A stretch of DNA of 64,000 nucleotides, from positions 8,420 through 72,419 of the IMG/VR virus record IMGVR_UViG_3300034112_001564; one strand, 5' to 3'. The stretch is from a virus. The notes beneath the pieces are model-generated. The model did not search any database. It saw only the letters and a program-made list of their open reading frames with translations, and was not told the origin of the DNA. Within the stretch, counting starts at the first letter, position 1. Each line of letters starts with the position of its first letter. Positions 55,430 through 64,000 of the stretch are shown one piece after another. The translations under genes and the position numbers were made by a program.

Positions 55430-56782
55430 TCACGACGCCGCGGACTTGAGAGCAACCACGGGGCCGGCGGTCGTGTTGTCGCCGAGCGAGTGATGAACCA
55501 CGTCGAACCGCATCGTGCCCTGGAGCAGGAGCTGATCGGTCGTGGCGTAGACTTGGTCGTACATCCGCACTGCGAAGTCGCGGCGACGAGCGTAGATGCT
55601 GGAGAGACCCAGGTTCGCGAAGAGAACCTTGACCTTGCCCGGATCGGCACCGAGCGTGCCGTCGAGGACGTGAACGTAGTTCACGGGGAATCCGAGGAAC
55701 TGCTCGGTCACGCCGCCGCCAACCTGCTCGACGGTGTTGCCACCAGCCGCGTAGCGGAGGCGGGCCATCGAGGCAGCAAAGCCGGCCGGCGAGATGTACC
55801 ACGCTGCACCCTGGCGGGCGTAGAGCGGCATCTTGCCGATGACCTTGATGAAGTCGGTCACGGTCAGGGTCTCGAAGCCCGTGGCACCGGCACCGGCAGT
55901 CACGACGCCCGCGTTGTGCGTGCCGTCATTGACCTTCGGCACCACGCCGTAGATTCCGCCCGAAGCCGAGTCGCCCGCGCCGAGCCAGCCGACCAAGTCG
56001 GTCTTGTAGGCCAAGCTCGTCGCGAACTCAGTTGCCACGGCATCAGCGATCGACACGAGAGCGTCTTCCACCACCTCGCTCGACATGCGGGTTCCCACGG
56101 CCAATTTCTTGGCAATGAGCTGCACGTTCGAGTAGGTCGGCTCGCTCTCGCTCACCGCGGTGCCTTCGCCGACGAAGTAGGCCGTGGTGCCCGTGACACG
56201 CTTCGGGATGATCATCGTGTCGCGGGTCATCGTCACCTTCTCGACGTTGCTCGCTGCGAAGGTTCCGAAATTTTCTACTAACCGGATCACGCGAGAAGCG
56301 AACTCCTCTGGGACAAGGGCACCGCCAGAAGCGTTGCTGTTCTCGCCCATCGCGCGGTTCTCGACGCCGTGATCCTTGCACCACCGGAGGTCTTCGGCGT
56401 TCTTGAAGATGTGAGCCCGGAGCCACCGGCCGCAGCGGTAGGCACTCTCGACAGCCTCGGGGCCGTCGTTGAATGCACGCAGGCTGGTGTGATGAGGCTG
56501 GATCGAACGAATCTCGACCTTCTTCTCCTCGACCTTCGCGGCGACTTCGGCCACGGGAGCCGGGGCAGGGGCGGCCTTCTCGACCACGGCCCGCAGTTCG
56601 GCTTCCTTCGCGGCGATCCGCTCCTCGAAGTCCAGGGAGGTCTTCAGGTCGTCGGCCTGAGTGCCGAGCGAGATGAGTTCCTTGGTCTGCTCGGCCGAGC
56701 GATCCTCGATACCGGACAGTTCGGTCATCCGAGCGGCGACAGCCGCGGCACGTTCCTGAAGACGCTTGAGATTCGACGCCAT
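55430..56782 (-). CDS. major capsid protein (HK97 fold, N-terminal delta domain)
   Basis: coiled-coil N-terminus, GGALVPEEF, FVGEG, MSSEVVED, MRFD; AAGGAG RBS. Confidence 0.93.
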   Translation of the reverse strand: MASNLKRLQERAAAVAARMTELSGIEDRSAEQTKELISLGTQADDLKTSLDFEERIAAKEAELRAVVEKAAPAPAPVAEVAAKVEEKKVEIRSIQPHHTSLRAFNDGPEAVESAYRCGRWLRAHIFKNAEDLRWCKDHGVENRAMGENSNASGGALVPEEFASRVIRLVENFGTFAASNVEKVTMTRDTMIIPKRVTGTTAYFVGEGTAVSESEPTYSNVQLIAKKLAVGTRMSSEVVEDALVSIADAVATEFATSLAYKTDLVGWLGAGDSASGGIYGVVPKVNDGTHNAGVVTAGAGATGFETLTVTDFIKVIGKMPLYARQGAAWYISPAGFAASMARLRYAAGGNTVEQVGGGVTEQFLGFPVNYVHVLDGTLGADPGKVKVLFANLGLSSIYARRRDFAVRMYDQVYATTDQLLLQGTMRFDVVHHSLGDNTTAGPVVALKSAAS

Positions 56783-56929
56783 GTTGGCCTGCTCCTTGGT
56801 TTGAGCCGGCCAATCGCACAATGCGGCGGCCGGCGGGTGATCCCGCTAGCGCGCCGCGTGCTTGAATCCTCAAGTCGCTCGCACTGCCCCTCACGACATC
56901 CGTCGTGAAGCAATGTCTCTACCTGTAGA

Positions 56930-58603
56930 CTACTGACCCTGACGTGCGCCGTGCAACTGAGTCCGAAGGATTGTCGCCTTCAGGTTCGCGAGCTTCACAG
57001 CGATATCGACGCTTTCCTGCTCCGCACGCATGTCCTCGGCGGGCTTTTCCTCAACCGGAGCAGGCTCCGGCTTCTTTTCTTCTTGGCTCATACGCTCCTC
57101 GGGAATGATCCACAGCTTGCACACGGCGTCGGCCGCGATGGCACCTTGAACGATGTAGCACCGGCCCTCTTCGCCCTCGAAGAAGACGCAGTTGCTGCAC
57201 TTCACGCCATCCCTGGCGAACGGATTGTCGGTCATGTAGTGAGCGTCGTTCTGGCTCCAGGGGCCGTACTCCTCGGCAATGCCCTCATACGACTCGGCCA
57301 GGGTGAGGTTCGCAGCCGACAGGACGCTGCCGTACTCTTCCTCAATGGCCTCGCCGTCTTCGCCGATGTCTCGCTTGCCGCTCTCGCGTTCCATCTGCGC
57401 GACCTTGGCCTCACTCCACCGCCACGCCGGGTCACCGCCCCAGAGCATCCAGGCGGTGTAGCCAGGGGTTTCCTCGCCCTTGTTCGACCAGCCGGCCTTC
57501 TTGTCGACCTTGTGGCGGCGGAACCACGCCCGCATCTCGCGAACGTGCTCAGGCGTCAGCTCCTCGCGAGCCGCGATCTTGCCGGCACGGGCCACCGTCT
57601 CCGGCTTGAGGCCGTCGCCCGACCGACCAGCCTCGTGCAGGGCCAGACCGCGCTTCGCGGCGGCGGCCATGCCCGCCGTCGGGGTCAGATTCACGTCGGA
57701 GGCGGCTCTTTCCTCGGAAACAGGGGCGGTTTCAGCCGGGATGTCCACAGACGGGGCTGTCTCATCGGACGATGAGGCAGCACGCCGATCCACCCACTTC
57801 TCGCCAGCGTCGCCGCCGGCCAATTGCCACTCGATCCAGGCCGGCGAGCCCGACCAACCCGTCACTTTCGCCGCCAAACACCGCTCGTAGACGCCGGAAA
57901 GGTACGAAACCTCCTCGACACTGACGATTTCGCGGTTCGCGACTCGTTCGGCGATGCACAGGAGGCGAGAATCGATGTTTTCGTGCCTCTGAGCCAGCTT
58001 CAGACCTCGTTTTGACGCATTCGCCATCGTCTGGATGGGCCTGAACGACTCGCCGAGGGCCATTTCGATGGCTCGGCGGCTCACAACCACGCTGGAGGAG
58101 TCATATGCAGGCCGAACCACAGGCCCAACGTCCTCGAGCAGGCCGATCGCTTTCACTTCACGCCTGCGAATGCCACGCTGGTTGTCCGTCGACCACGAAT
58201 CGCCACCATCTCGCTTGATCGCGAAGGCGAAACTGGACCCGACAACCGTCCGGTCCTTCACCCACTCGATCACGTCGCGGCCGATGGAGGTGTTTTCGTT
58301 CGGCGTGATCTCGTAGCGAAGCCCATACGGGTCTTTCGTGAGCTTCATCGACCCGTTTCCGGTGCGGCCGAGGAGCAGATTGCGGTCGTGATTGAACACA
58401 CCGATGACATCGGGGTTCTCGGCGAGCACTTCGTCGAACGCATTCGGGTGAATCGTCTCGACGAAGCCGCCGAGGTTGCGACTTTCGGCGTTAAAGACGG
58501 CGGCATAGCCCGAAATCACGGGCTTTTTCTCGCCGTTCCCCATGTCGCGGTACTCGACCGTCGCGTCCGAAACCGTCGTGCGCCGCTCAATCTCGTTGCT
58601 CAT
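56930..58603 (-). CDS. HK97-family prohead protease with two repeated helical domains and a HiPIP-like domain
   Basis: GYAAVFN, FNHD, GSSFAF, DVGPVVRPAY; C-terminal CSNC...C...GAI...CKLW. Confidence 0.9.
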   Translation of the reverse strand: MSNEIERRTTVSDATVEYRDMGNGEKKPVISGYAAVFNAESRNLGGFVETIHPNAFDEVLAENPDVIGVFNHDRNLLLGRTGNGSMKLTKDPYGLRYEITPNENTSIGRDVIEWVKDRTVVGSSFAFAIKRDGGDSWSTDNQRGIRRREVKAIGLLEDVGPVVRPAYDSSSVVVSRRAIEMALGESFRPIQTMANASKRGLKLAQRHENIDSRLLCIAERVANREIVSVEEVSYLSGVYERCLAAKVTGWSGSPAWIEWQLAGGDAGEKWVDRRAASSSDETAPSVDIPAETAPVSEERAASDVNLTPTAGMAAAAKRGLALHEAGRSGDGLKPETVARAGKIAAREELTPEHVREMRAWFRRHKVDKKAGWSNKGEETPGYTAWMLWGGDPAWRWSEAKVAQMERESGKRDIGEDGEAIEEEYGSVLSAANLTLAESYEGIAEEYGPWSQNDAHYMTDNPFARDGVKCSNCVFFEGEEGRCYIVQGAIAADAVCKLWIIPEERMSQEEKKPEPAPVEEKPAEDMRAEQESVDIAVKLANLKATILRTQLHGARQGQ

Positions 58604-59073
58604 GCCGTCACCTGATTCGCGAGGTAGTTATCCAGACCGATCTGCTCGATCACACGCTGCACTGCTTCGATTTTGGCGATCGCCTCTTCGCTGCCCTCAA
58701 GCAGCATGACGAAGGCCGATGCCGATATCTCGTCCCCGGCCGCCCGACACGCCAGCACCCCGGCCCTCTCGGCCTCCGCCGCAGCCGTTTCCAGCGAAAG
58801 ATTCGCCGCGAGGATGCCCTCGTAGTCGTGCCTGGGCCAATCGGGCTGGTCGTGGTCGTAGGTCGGCTGAACGTCGTAGTATTCGAGCCGGGACTGCACC
58901 TCGTGCAGGTGGCCCCGCTCTTCCTCGGCGTCAGCGCGGCAGCCGGCTGCCAGCTTGCCGTACCCCCAGCGGTCGAGATGCTCCGCCTGCGACTGGTAGT
59001 TCTCAATCGCCAGCAGATGCAGCCGAACGGAGGCTTGGAGGGCGTCAATCACGCCTTCAGGTGCTTGCGGCAT
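58600..59073 (-). CDS. bacterioferritin-like protein with degenerate ferroxidase centre
   Basis: full-length match by eye to Bfr: VIDAL, WGYGKL, EERGH, LSLE, IEQIGLDNYLANQ. Confidence 0.85.
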   Translation of the reverse strand: MPQAPEGVIDALQASVRLHLLAIENYQSQAEHLDRWGYGKLAAGCRADAEEERGHLHEVQSRLEYYDVQPTYDHDQPDWPRHDYEGILAANLSLETAAAEAERAGVLACRAAGDEISASAFVMLLEGSEEAIAKIEAVQRVIEQIGLDNYLANQVTA

Positions 59074-60700
59074 CGGTCGTCAGGTGCTTGTCGCACCAGT
59101 CCTCGGTGACTGATTCGTACTTCTGGCCGCTGCGATGACACTCAAGCAGGAGTTCTCGCGAGCGGGTCATCCACGTTCCCACAAACTTGTCGATGTCTCT
59201 GCCGGTAGCCTGTGCGGACTCGCGCAGCTCTTCCCGCATCCGGCCGGTCATTTGATCAAGCCACGCAGCAAGCTTCTCGGGCTTATTGCGTCGCTCAAGG
59301 ACGCCGTCAGCCTCGATGGCGGCGAGCCGCCGGAGAGAGGTCTTGAAGACGACTTCGGCTCCTGCGATCTGGCGGGCGTCGGGGGCGTCTTCTGCGTCGG
59401 GGGCATCGCCAACCGTCGGTTCCGGCGGCCCGTCAACGCCGCCCTGGGGAGCGGGATTCTGCGGCTTCTGGCCGGTCGGGTTCTCAAGCGTGAACGCCTC
59501 CAGCAACTGCATGTTGACCTGAATGAACCGCTTCTTCCCGACGCCGCCGGGGAGCGGGTTGTAGCCGATCTGAGCGCGAATCTCGTCGATGTCGAGGGCT
59601 CCGAGGTTCGCCATCTCCCGAATGAACTGCGACCTCGCCGCGTAGTCGCCGGCCATCAGCGAGTTCAGGTCGAACTGGCAGAAATACTGCTTGTCGTCGA
59701 CCACGAGGTCTCGCCGGCACGCCATCTCCCACCGCCGGCACCAGGGCAAGAGCGAGAACGTGACGAAGTCGATCGCCTGCTGCTCCACGGTGCTGTGGCG
59801 GACATCAGACAAGTCGCCAATCAAATACTGTGGCACGCGATAGCACCGTGCCACTTCGGCCAACTGGAAGCGCCTGGTCTCAACCAGTTGGGCCGTGTCG
59901 TTTCTGACCTCGACCTGCTTCCGGTGGAAGCCGAACGGCATGACGACGGTTTTGTATGCCTTGTCCGGCCCCTGGTGGGCATCGTTCCACTGATCCTTGA
60001 ACCGGGCGAGCACCTCTGGCTTGTGCGGCTGATCGGTTTCGATGTACGTCCCGACCTGCGCGCCGTGCCCGAAGAAGCTGCCGGAGTGTAGCTCAGTTGC
60101 TCTCGCCAGACCGATCGCATCGCGGGACAGGCTCGTTGGGATAAATCCTGTCACCCCATCTGACGAGAGCCATCGCAAATGAAAAATCTCGTCCTGCCGA
60201 TACTCCGTCGGGTCGGGCGTCGGCTGAATCAGCGTCGCGGGCTCTCGGTAGTAGTACCTCAGCTTGCCGTTGGTCAGCCGCTTGACCTCCATCCGCGACG
60301 GATGCAGCGGGATCAACTCAGTCACCGCGCCGTTCTTGCCGCCCTTGATGTAGGCGTAGGCGTTGCCCCACAGGAGCAGCCAGCTTTGCATCAACTCGCG
60401 GAACTCAAAGCCCGTCATCCACGAGTTCGGCTGGTAGGCGATCACCTCGTGCAGGTGCTGCTCCTCGGCGATCTCCTTGCCGCCGCCGGGAAGCCGCCGA
60501 TACACGTTGAACGGAAGGCTGGCGAGCGACTCGGACAGCACGCGGACGCAGGCGAGAACGGCCGTGCATTCCAGGGCCGTTTCCGGCGAGACGGAGACCC
60601 CCGACGCAGTTCGCCGGGTGCTGGAAATCTCCTCGAAAATGCGGGAAAGATTACCGCGAAGCTCGATCAGATCGGAGACTTCCTCGTCGACTCTGTCCAC
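59057..60700 (-). CDS. portal protein (HK97 family) with C-terminal extension
   Basis: AVLACVRVLSESLASLP, LLWGNAY, EIFHLR, VARCYRVP, EIRAQIGYNP. Confidence 0.93.
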   Translation of the reverse strand: MDRVDEEVSDLIELRGNLSRIFEEISSTRRTASGVSVSPETALECTAVLACVRVLSESLASLPFNVYRRLPGGGKEIAEEQHLHEVIAYQPNSWMTGFEFRELMQSWLLLWGNAYAYIKGGKNGAVTELIPLHPSRMEVKRLTNGKLRYYYREPATLIQPTPDPTEYRQDEIFHLRWLSSDGVTGFIPTSLSRDAIGLARATELHSGSFFGHGAQVGTYIETDQPHKPEVLARFKDQWNDAHQGPDKAYKTVVMPFGFHRKQVEVRNDTAQLVETRRFQLAEVARCYRVPQYLIGDLSDVRHSTVEQQAIDFVTFSLLPWCRRWEMACRRDLVVDDKQYFCQFDLNSLMAGDYAARSQFIREMANLGALDIDEIRAQIGYNPLPGGVGKKRFIQVNMQLLEAFTLENPTGQKPQNPAPQGGVDGPPEPTVGDAPDAEDAPDARQIAGAEVVFKTSLRRLAAIEADGVLERRNKPEKLAAWLDQMTGRMREELRESAQATGRDIDKFVGTWMTRSRELLLECHRSGQKYESVTEDWCDKHLTTDAAST

Positions 60701-60701
60701 G

Positions 60702-62204
60702 CTACAGCACCATGAGGTTTGGTTCGTCGGTATTGCCGTGGGTTTCGCTCGAGGCAATGCCCAGGGCCATGATCAGTGAGACCGCGCCGTCGATGCGGGC
60801 CGTGGAATGACTGTGCTTCTTGGTCGGCTTGATATTCCCGGCGTCGTCTACCTTCACCTGCACATTCGACATCTGCCACGCCAAGACGGGGTTGCCGCCG
60901 TGACGCAGTTTCTTGGAGATTGTCAGCGTCTCGAGCAGCTTCGACGGCGCTGACATGCTCGCAAAACCTTGTCCAAACGGCTTAACGTCGATTCCCTCCG
61001 CCGTGAGCTGCGTCGTCAGATGCACTGCGTTCCAGCGGTCAATCGCAATAGACCGAACCGCATTCTTCTCGCAAAACGAGAGAATGTAGTCGCGGACCAC
61101 GTCGTAATCCGTTATGTCGCCATCTGTTAGTGTAACAAAACCGTCCTTCGCCCAGGCTTGATACGGCACCCTGTCCTCGCGACCACGCTTGATCGCGTTC
61201 TCCTCTGGGATGAAGAAGTGAGCGTGGATGTCGTAGGTGCCGTCGGCGTCCGGCCAGACCGCCACGAACGCCGTCGTATCGAAGGTGCTGGCGAGGTCGA
61301 CGCCGCACCAGCACGGCCGCCCCGCCGTCGGCCTGAGCGGAGCGTTGTTGGCATCCCAGGCACCGTGCCTGATCCACTTCGTTTCCGATTTTTGCCACTG
61401 GTTCAAGTGGAGGGTTCGGAAAACGACTTCGTCGGTGGGTGAGGACTTGGCTTTTTCCGAAAATTGCCTGAAATAGTCGGGTTTTAGCGTGATTCCGTAG
61501 TTCGGGTTGGCCTTCTTCCAAGTCTCCTCGATGAACGGGTCGTCCTCGGGATCGGCGGCGTATATGCAGGGCAGGAACGAGTCGTCCTTCAGGACGCCGT
61601 CGCGAATCTTGAGTGCCCGCTGCCAGTCCTTGTAGCACGGGCCGTCCATGTCGGTGCCGGCCGTCGTGATGTAGATGGTCAGCGGCTGGCTTCTGGCACC
61701 CATGCCGGTCTCCAGAACGTCGATCAGCTCGCGGTCGGGGAAGACGTGCATTTCGTCAATGAGGCAGCAGCTTGGGTTGTAACCGTGTTTCGTGGCACTT
61801 TCGCTGCTGATGCACAGCATCGTGGAGTTCTTCTCAGGGAAGACGATGCTATTTCTGTAGATGCGGCATCTCTTCATCAGTGACGGACAACCCTCGACGA
61901 ACTGCTTTGCAGCCGTGTGCAGGAGCGAAGCCTGCGCGCGGTCGCCGGCCGCGACGATCACCTCTGCCCCCTCGTCGTCGCAGCACATCATGTAGATGCC
62001 GATGGCGGCGCAGAGGGCTGATTTACCGTTCTTGCGGGGCAACGCGAGCAGGCTTGTCCGATACTGCCGCAGGCCGTCGGCTTTCTTCGTGTTGAAGAGC
62101 TTGTCGAGATATTCGTCCTGCCAGCGCTCGAGGACGAAAGGCTTCCCCGCAAAGTCGCCGCGACTGTGCTTCAGCAGGCCGATGAAATCGCGGATATCAA
62201 CCAC
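60702..62204 (-). CDS. terL: terminase large subunit
   Basis: PRKNGKS, IDEMH, ITTAG, GVDLAS, RIDG. Confidence 0.95.
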   Translation of the reverse strand: MVDIRDFIGLLKHSRGDFAGKPFVLERWQDEYLDKLFNTKKADGLRQYRTSLLALPRKNGKSALCAAIGIYMMCCDDEGAEVIVAAGDRAQASLLHTAAKQFVEGCPSLMKRCRIYRNSIVFPEKNSTMLCISSESATKHGYNPSCCLIDEMHVFPDRELIDVLETGMGARSQPLTIYITTAGTDMDGPCYKDWQRALKIRDGVLKDDSFLPCIYAADPEDDPFIEETWKKANPNYGITLKPDYFRQFSEKAKSSPTDEVVFRTLHLNQWQKSETKWIRHGAWDANNAPLRPTAGRPCWCGVDLASTFDTTAFVAVWPDADGTYDIHAHFFIPEENAIKRGREDRVPYQAWAKDGFVTLTDGDITDYDVVRDYILSFCEKNAVRSIAIDRWNAVHLTTQLTAEGIDVKPFGQGFASMSAPSKLLETLTISKKLRHGGNPVLAWQMSNVQVKVDDAGNIKPTKKHSHSTARIDGAVSLIMALGIASSETHGNTDEPNLMVL

Positions 62205-62679
62205 GCTTGGCTAGAAGAGCGTCCATCGGGTCTAGCACGACCTTCTCGGCGTGATAGCCCATGCGGGTGCGGTCGGCAGGCGTTAGGCCGAGAACAGTCT
62301 CAAGCTGCCGCAACTGCTCGTGGCAGTGGTTACTCTGCGACTGCCACTTGTTCGGTCGGCTGAACCGGAGGGAGCCGTCGGGGGCCGTCACCTCGACCCA
62401 ACCGGAATCCATCTTGGCAAGCTGCATTTCCGCCTCTCGCCAGCGATCCCAGATGATCGAATACCGCGAGATCACCTCGACATCGCTTTCGGCCAGGGTG
62501 CCCATTCTCTGGGTGTAGCCGCAGACAAGGTTGAACATCTCCCTGGCTGCCGGCCGCATCCAGTCGGGGGCGGACGGCAGAGAGTGCAGGGGGGTGCCAA
62601 GCTCCTCGCGGTAGTTGGCTTCCTCAGAGCCTCTCAGCTTGAGGAGGTGCTTCGGCGTTGGTGCTGGGCCTCTTGCCAT
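62197..62679 (-). CDS. terS: terminase small subunit (P27 family)
   Basis: RGPAPTPKHLLKLRG...LGLTPADRTR. Confidence 0.88.
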   Translation of the reverse strand: MARGPAPTPKHLLKLRGSEEANYREELGTPLHSLPSAPDWMRPAAREMFNLVCGYTQRMGTLAESDVEVISRYSIIWDRWREAEMQLAKMDSGWVEVTAPDGSLRFSRPNKWQSQSNHCHEQLRQLETVLGLTPADRTRMGYHAEKVVLDPMDALLAKRG

Positions 62680-62681
62680 GC

Positions 62682-63704
62682 CTACGAGTATTGCACAGTA
62701 GGCAATGGCCCCGCAAAGGAGTCGGATTTCTTTATGTTGCACGCCCAGCAGGCGGCCTGGACGTTACTCGGTCTGTGGCCTGGGCCGTCGGGACCGTAAG
62801 ACAGCGGCACGATGTGATCGATCGTGGGGCTGCGGGGATGCGGAGTCTCGCTGCCATCGATCTTTGTCCACCGCGGAAGCAGCTCGCACTGGCATATCTG
62901 GCACGTCCAGTTGTCCCGGCGAAGGATCGACGTTTTCGAGAACGACTCGTAGTGGCACCCGTACTTAACGCATCGAAACTTGTGGCCGCCAGCGTTGCCG
63001 CCGACATTCAGCGGGTCGCCTGCGTCATTGCCCCAGGTTCCGAACCACACAGCGATCTGCTCGTCAAGCGTTGCCCCCGGCCGCCTTGTCAGTCTCGCGC
63101 ATGGGAGGCGAAGCCGCCTCGCCTCAAATGCGCATTCCCTGGAGCAGTATTTTCCGGCATTTCGCCCGGTTCCTCGTTTTCGGAACGGCTTCTGGCAACA
63201 GAGGCACTGCCGCTGCGCAGCACGGCTCTTGTTTCTTTTGATCGTCTCGGGTGCCCTCGCCAGCGCGACACAGCTCTGGCTGCAAAACTTGCTCCCAGAG
63301 TGCCTCTGCTTGAAGCTTTTTCCGCACTGCTGGCAAGGCTTAACGCATGGGCGGTTGGGGTATCGGCACTCGTCGCTACAGTATTTTGAGTTCTTAAACC
63401 GAACGAAGCCCTCACCGCATCTCAGGCATGTCCCGTGATGCGTCGGCTTCTTTGTCTTTCGCAGCTTGCGGCACTGATCGGAGCAGACTTCCCGGCGTCT
63501 GCCGACACTACTTGCGTCCTGCGGTACGTCTTTGCCGCAGACAGAGCACGGCACGACCGCGGGCTTCGGCGACCGCGACGAAGCTCGGCAGCAGGCCGCA
63601 GAGCAATACGTCCTGGGCTTAACGCCAAGGGAGGGCGGCACAGAACCGCCGCATACGGGACAACTTTTGCCTTCCTTGGCGTTTTCTCCGGCGTCTCCAC
63701 GCAC
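62682..63704 (-). CDS. HNH endonuclease with multiple CxxC...CSxxC zinc fingers
   Basis: five CxxC-(F)-YCSxxC units; C-terminal RDNWTCQIC...TIDHIVPL...NVQAACWACNIKK. Confidence 0.85.
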   Translation of the reverse strand: MRGDAGENAKEGKSCPVCGGSVPPSLGVKPRTYCSAACCRASSRSPKPAVVPCSVCGKDVPQDASSVGRRREVCSDQCRKLRKTKKPTHHGTCLRCGEGFVRFKNSKYCSDECRYPNRPCVKPCQQCGKSFKQRHSGSKFCSQSCVALARAPETIKRNKSRAAQRQCLCCQKPFRKRGTGRNAGKYCSRECAFEARRLRLPCARLTRRPGATLDEQIAVWFGTWGNDAGDPLNVGGNAGGHKFRCVKYGCHYESFSKTSILRRDNWTCQICQCELLPRWTKIDGSETPHPRSPTIDHIVPLSYGPDGPGHRPSNVQAACWACNIKKSDSFAGPLPTVQYS

Positions 63705-63779
63705 GGGTCATAGGCTACCAGAACAGAGTGTTTTTGCCAAACCGTCGGATCGTGGTCGGCGGCCAGCAAATTGGTTAGG

Positions 63780-63860
63780 CCGACCGGGGCGCACGGAGCG
63801 GAGGACATGCGGTCTGCCCTACAAAGCCGACCGGCGCAAGCCCCCCCATCCCCCCCGCAA
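63780..63860 (-). other. putative cos (packaging) region
   Basis: non-coding G-runs followed by AGACCGCATGTCCTCC upstream of HNH-terS, resembling HK97-type end regions; cut site not determinable. Confidence 0.35.
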
Positions 63861-63887
63861 GCATCCGACGGCGTCCCCTCGCAGTCT

Positions 63888-63944
63888 CGACGACGGCAGG
63901 GGCTCAGGCATCGGCAGGCAGGCGACGACGGCAGGGGCTCAGGC
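63888..63944. repeat. 22-bp direct repeat x2 plus partial third copy
   Basis: CGACGACGGCAGGGGCTCAGGC at 63888 and 63923. Confidence 0.8.
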
Positions 63945-64000
63945 TCGATGACGGCGGGTGATTTTCTCACGATGCTAACTGTCCGAATAATCAAACGGCC

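Noticed and set aside
55430-59073. Encapsulin nanocompartment operon (HK97 shell plus ferritin)
   Set aside because: Terminase, portal, protease, neck and tail genes are all present, so this is a true phage head module; only the analogy is retained.
63888-63960. CRISPR array
   Set aside because: Only two full repeats with a 13-bp gap and no cas genes.
1-64000. Prophage boundaries or host genes; family A/B DNA polymerase; queC and folE
   Set aside because: None recognisable in the window; the att site is flanked by phage genes on both sides.

Overview
The window is most of the genome of a GC-rich temperate tailed phage: HK97-type head, long non-contractile tail and probably cos packaging. 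No host chromosomal genes are visible. Almost all genes are on the minus strand. From right to left: putative cos region, zinc-finger HNH, terS, terL, portal, a degenerate bacterioferritin-like gene, a prohead protease with a HiPIP-like C-terminal domain, major capsid, a glycosyltransferase, neck and tail genes with a GGGGGAA -1 frameshift, a 2003-aa tape measure, an inserted nucleotide-metabolism block, and a large tail-appendage region including an 18x FN3 protein. A plus-strand tyrosine integrase sits next to an attP-like copy of a tRNA-Ala/tmRNA 3' end. The left arm holds replication genes (SNF2, SSB-like, Prim-Pol, UvrD), csrA, a partial 7-deazaguanine DNA-modification cluster (queD, queE, NDT-like, dpdA-like; no queC or folE), exported accessory proteins, a methyltransferase plus two glycosyltransferases, and a putative lysis block whose papain-like protease carries an intein directly before its catalytic Cys. 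A Planctomycetota host is a tentative inference from gene style only. Products were assigned by eye from motifs; no database searches were run.
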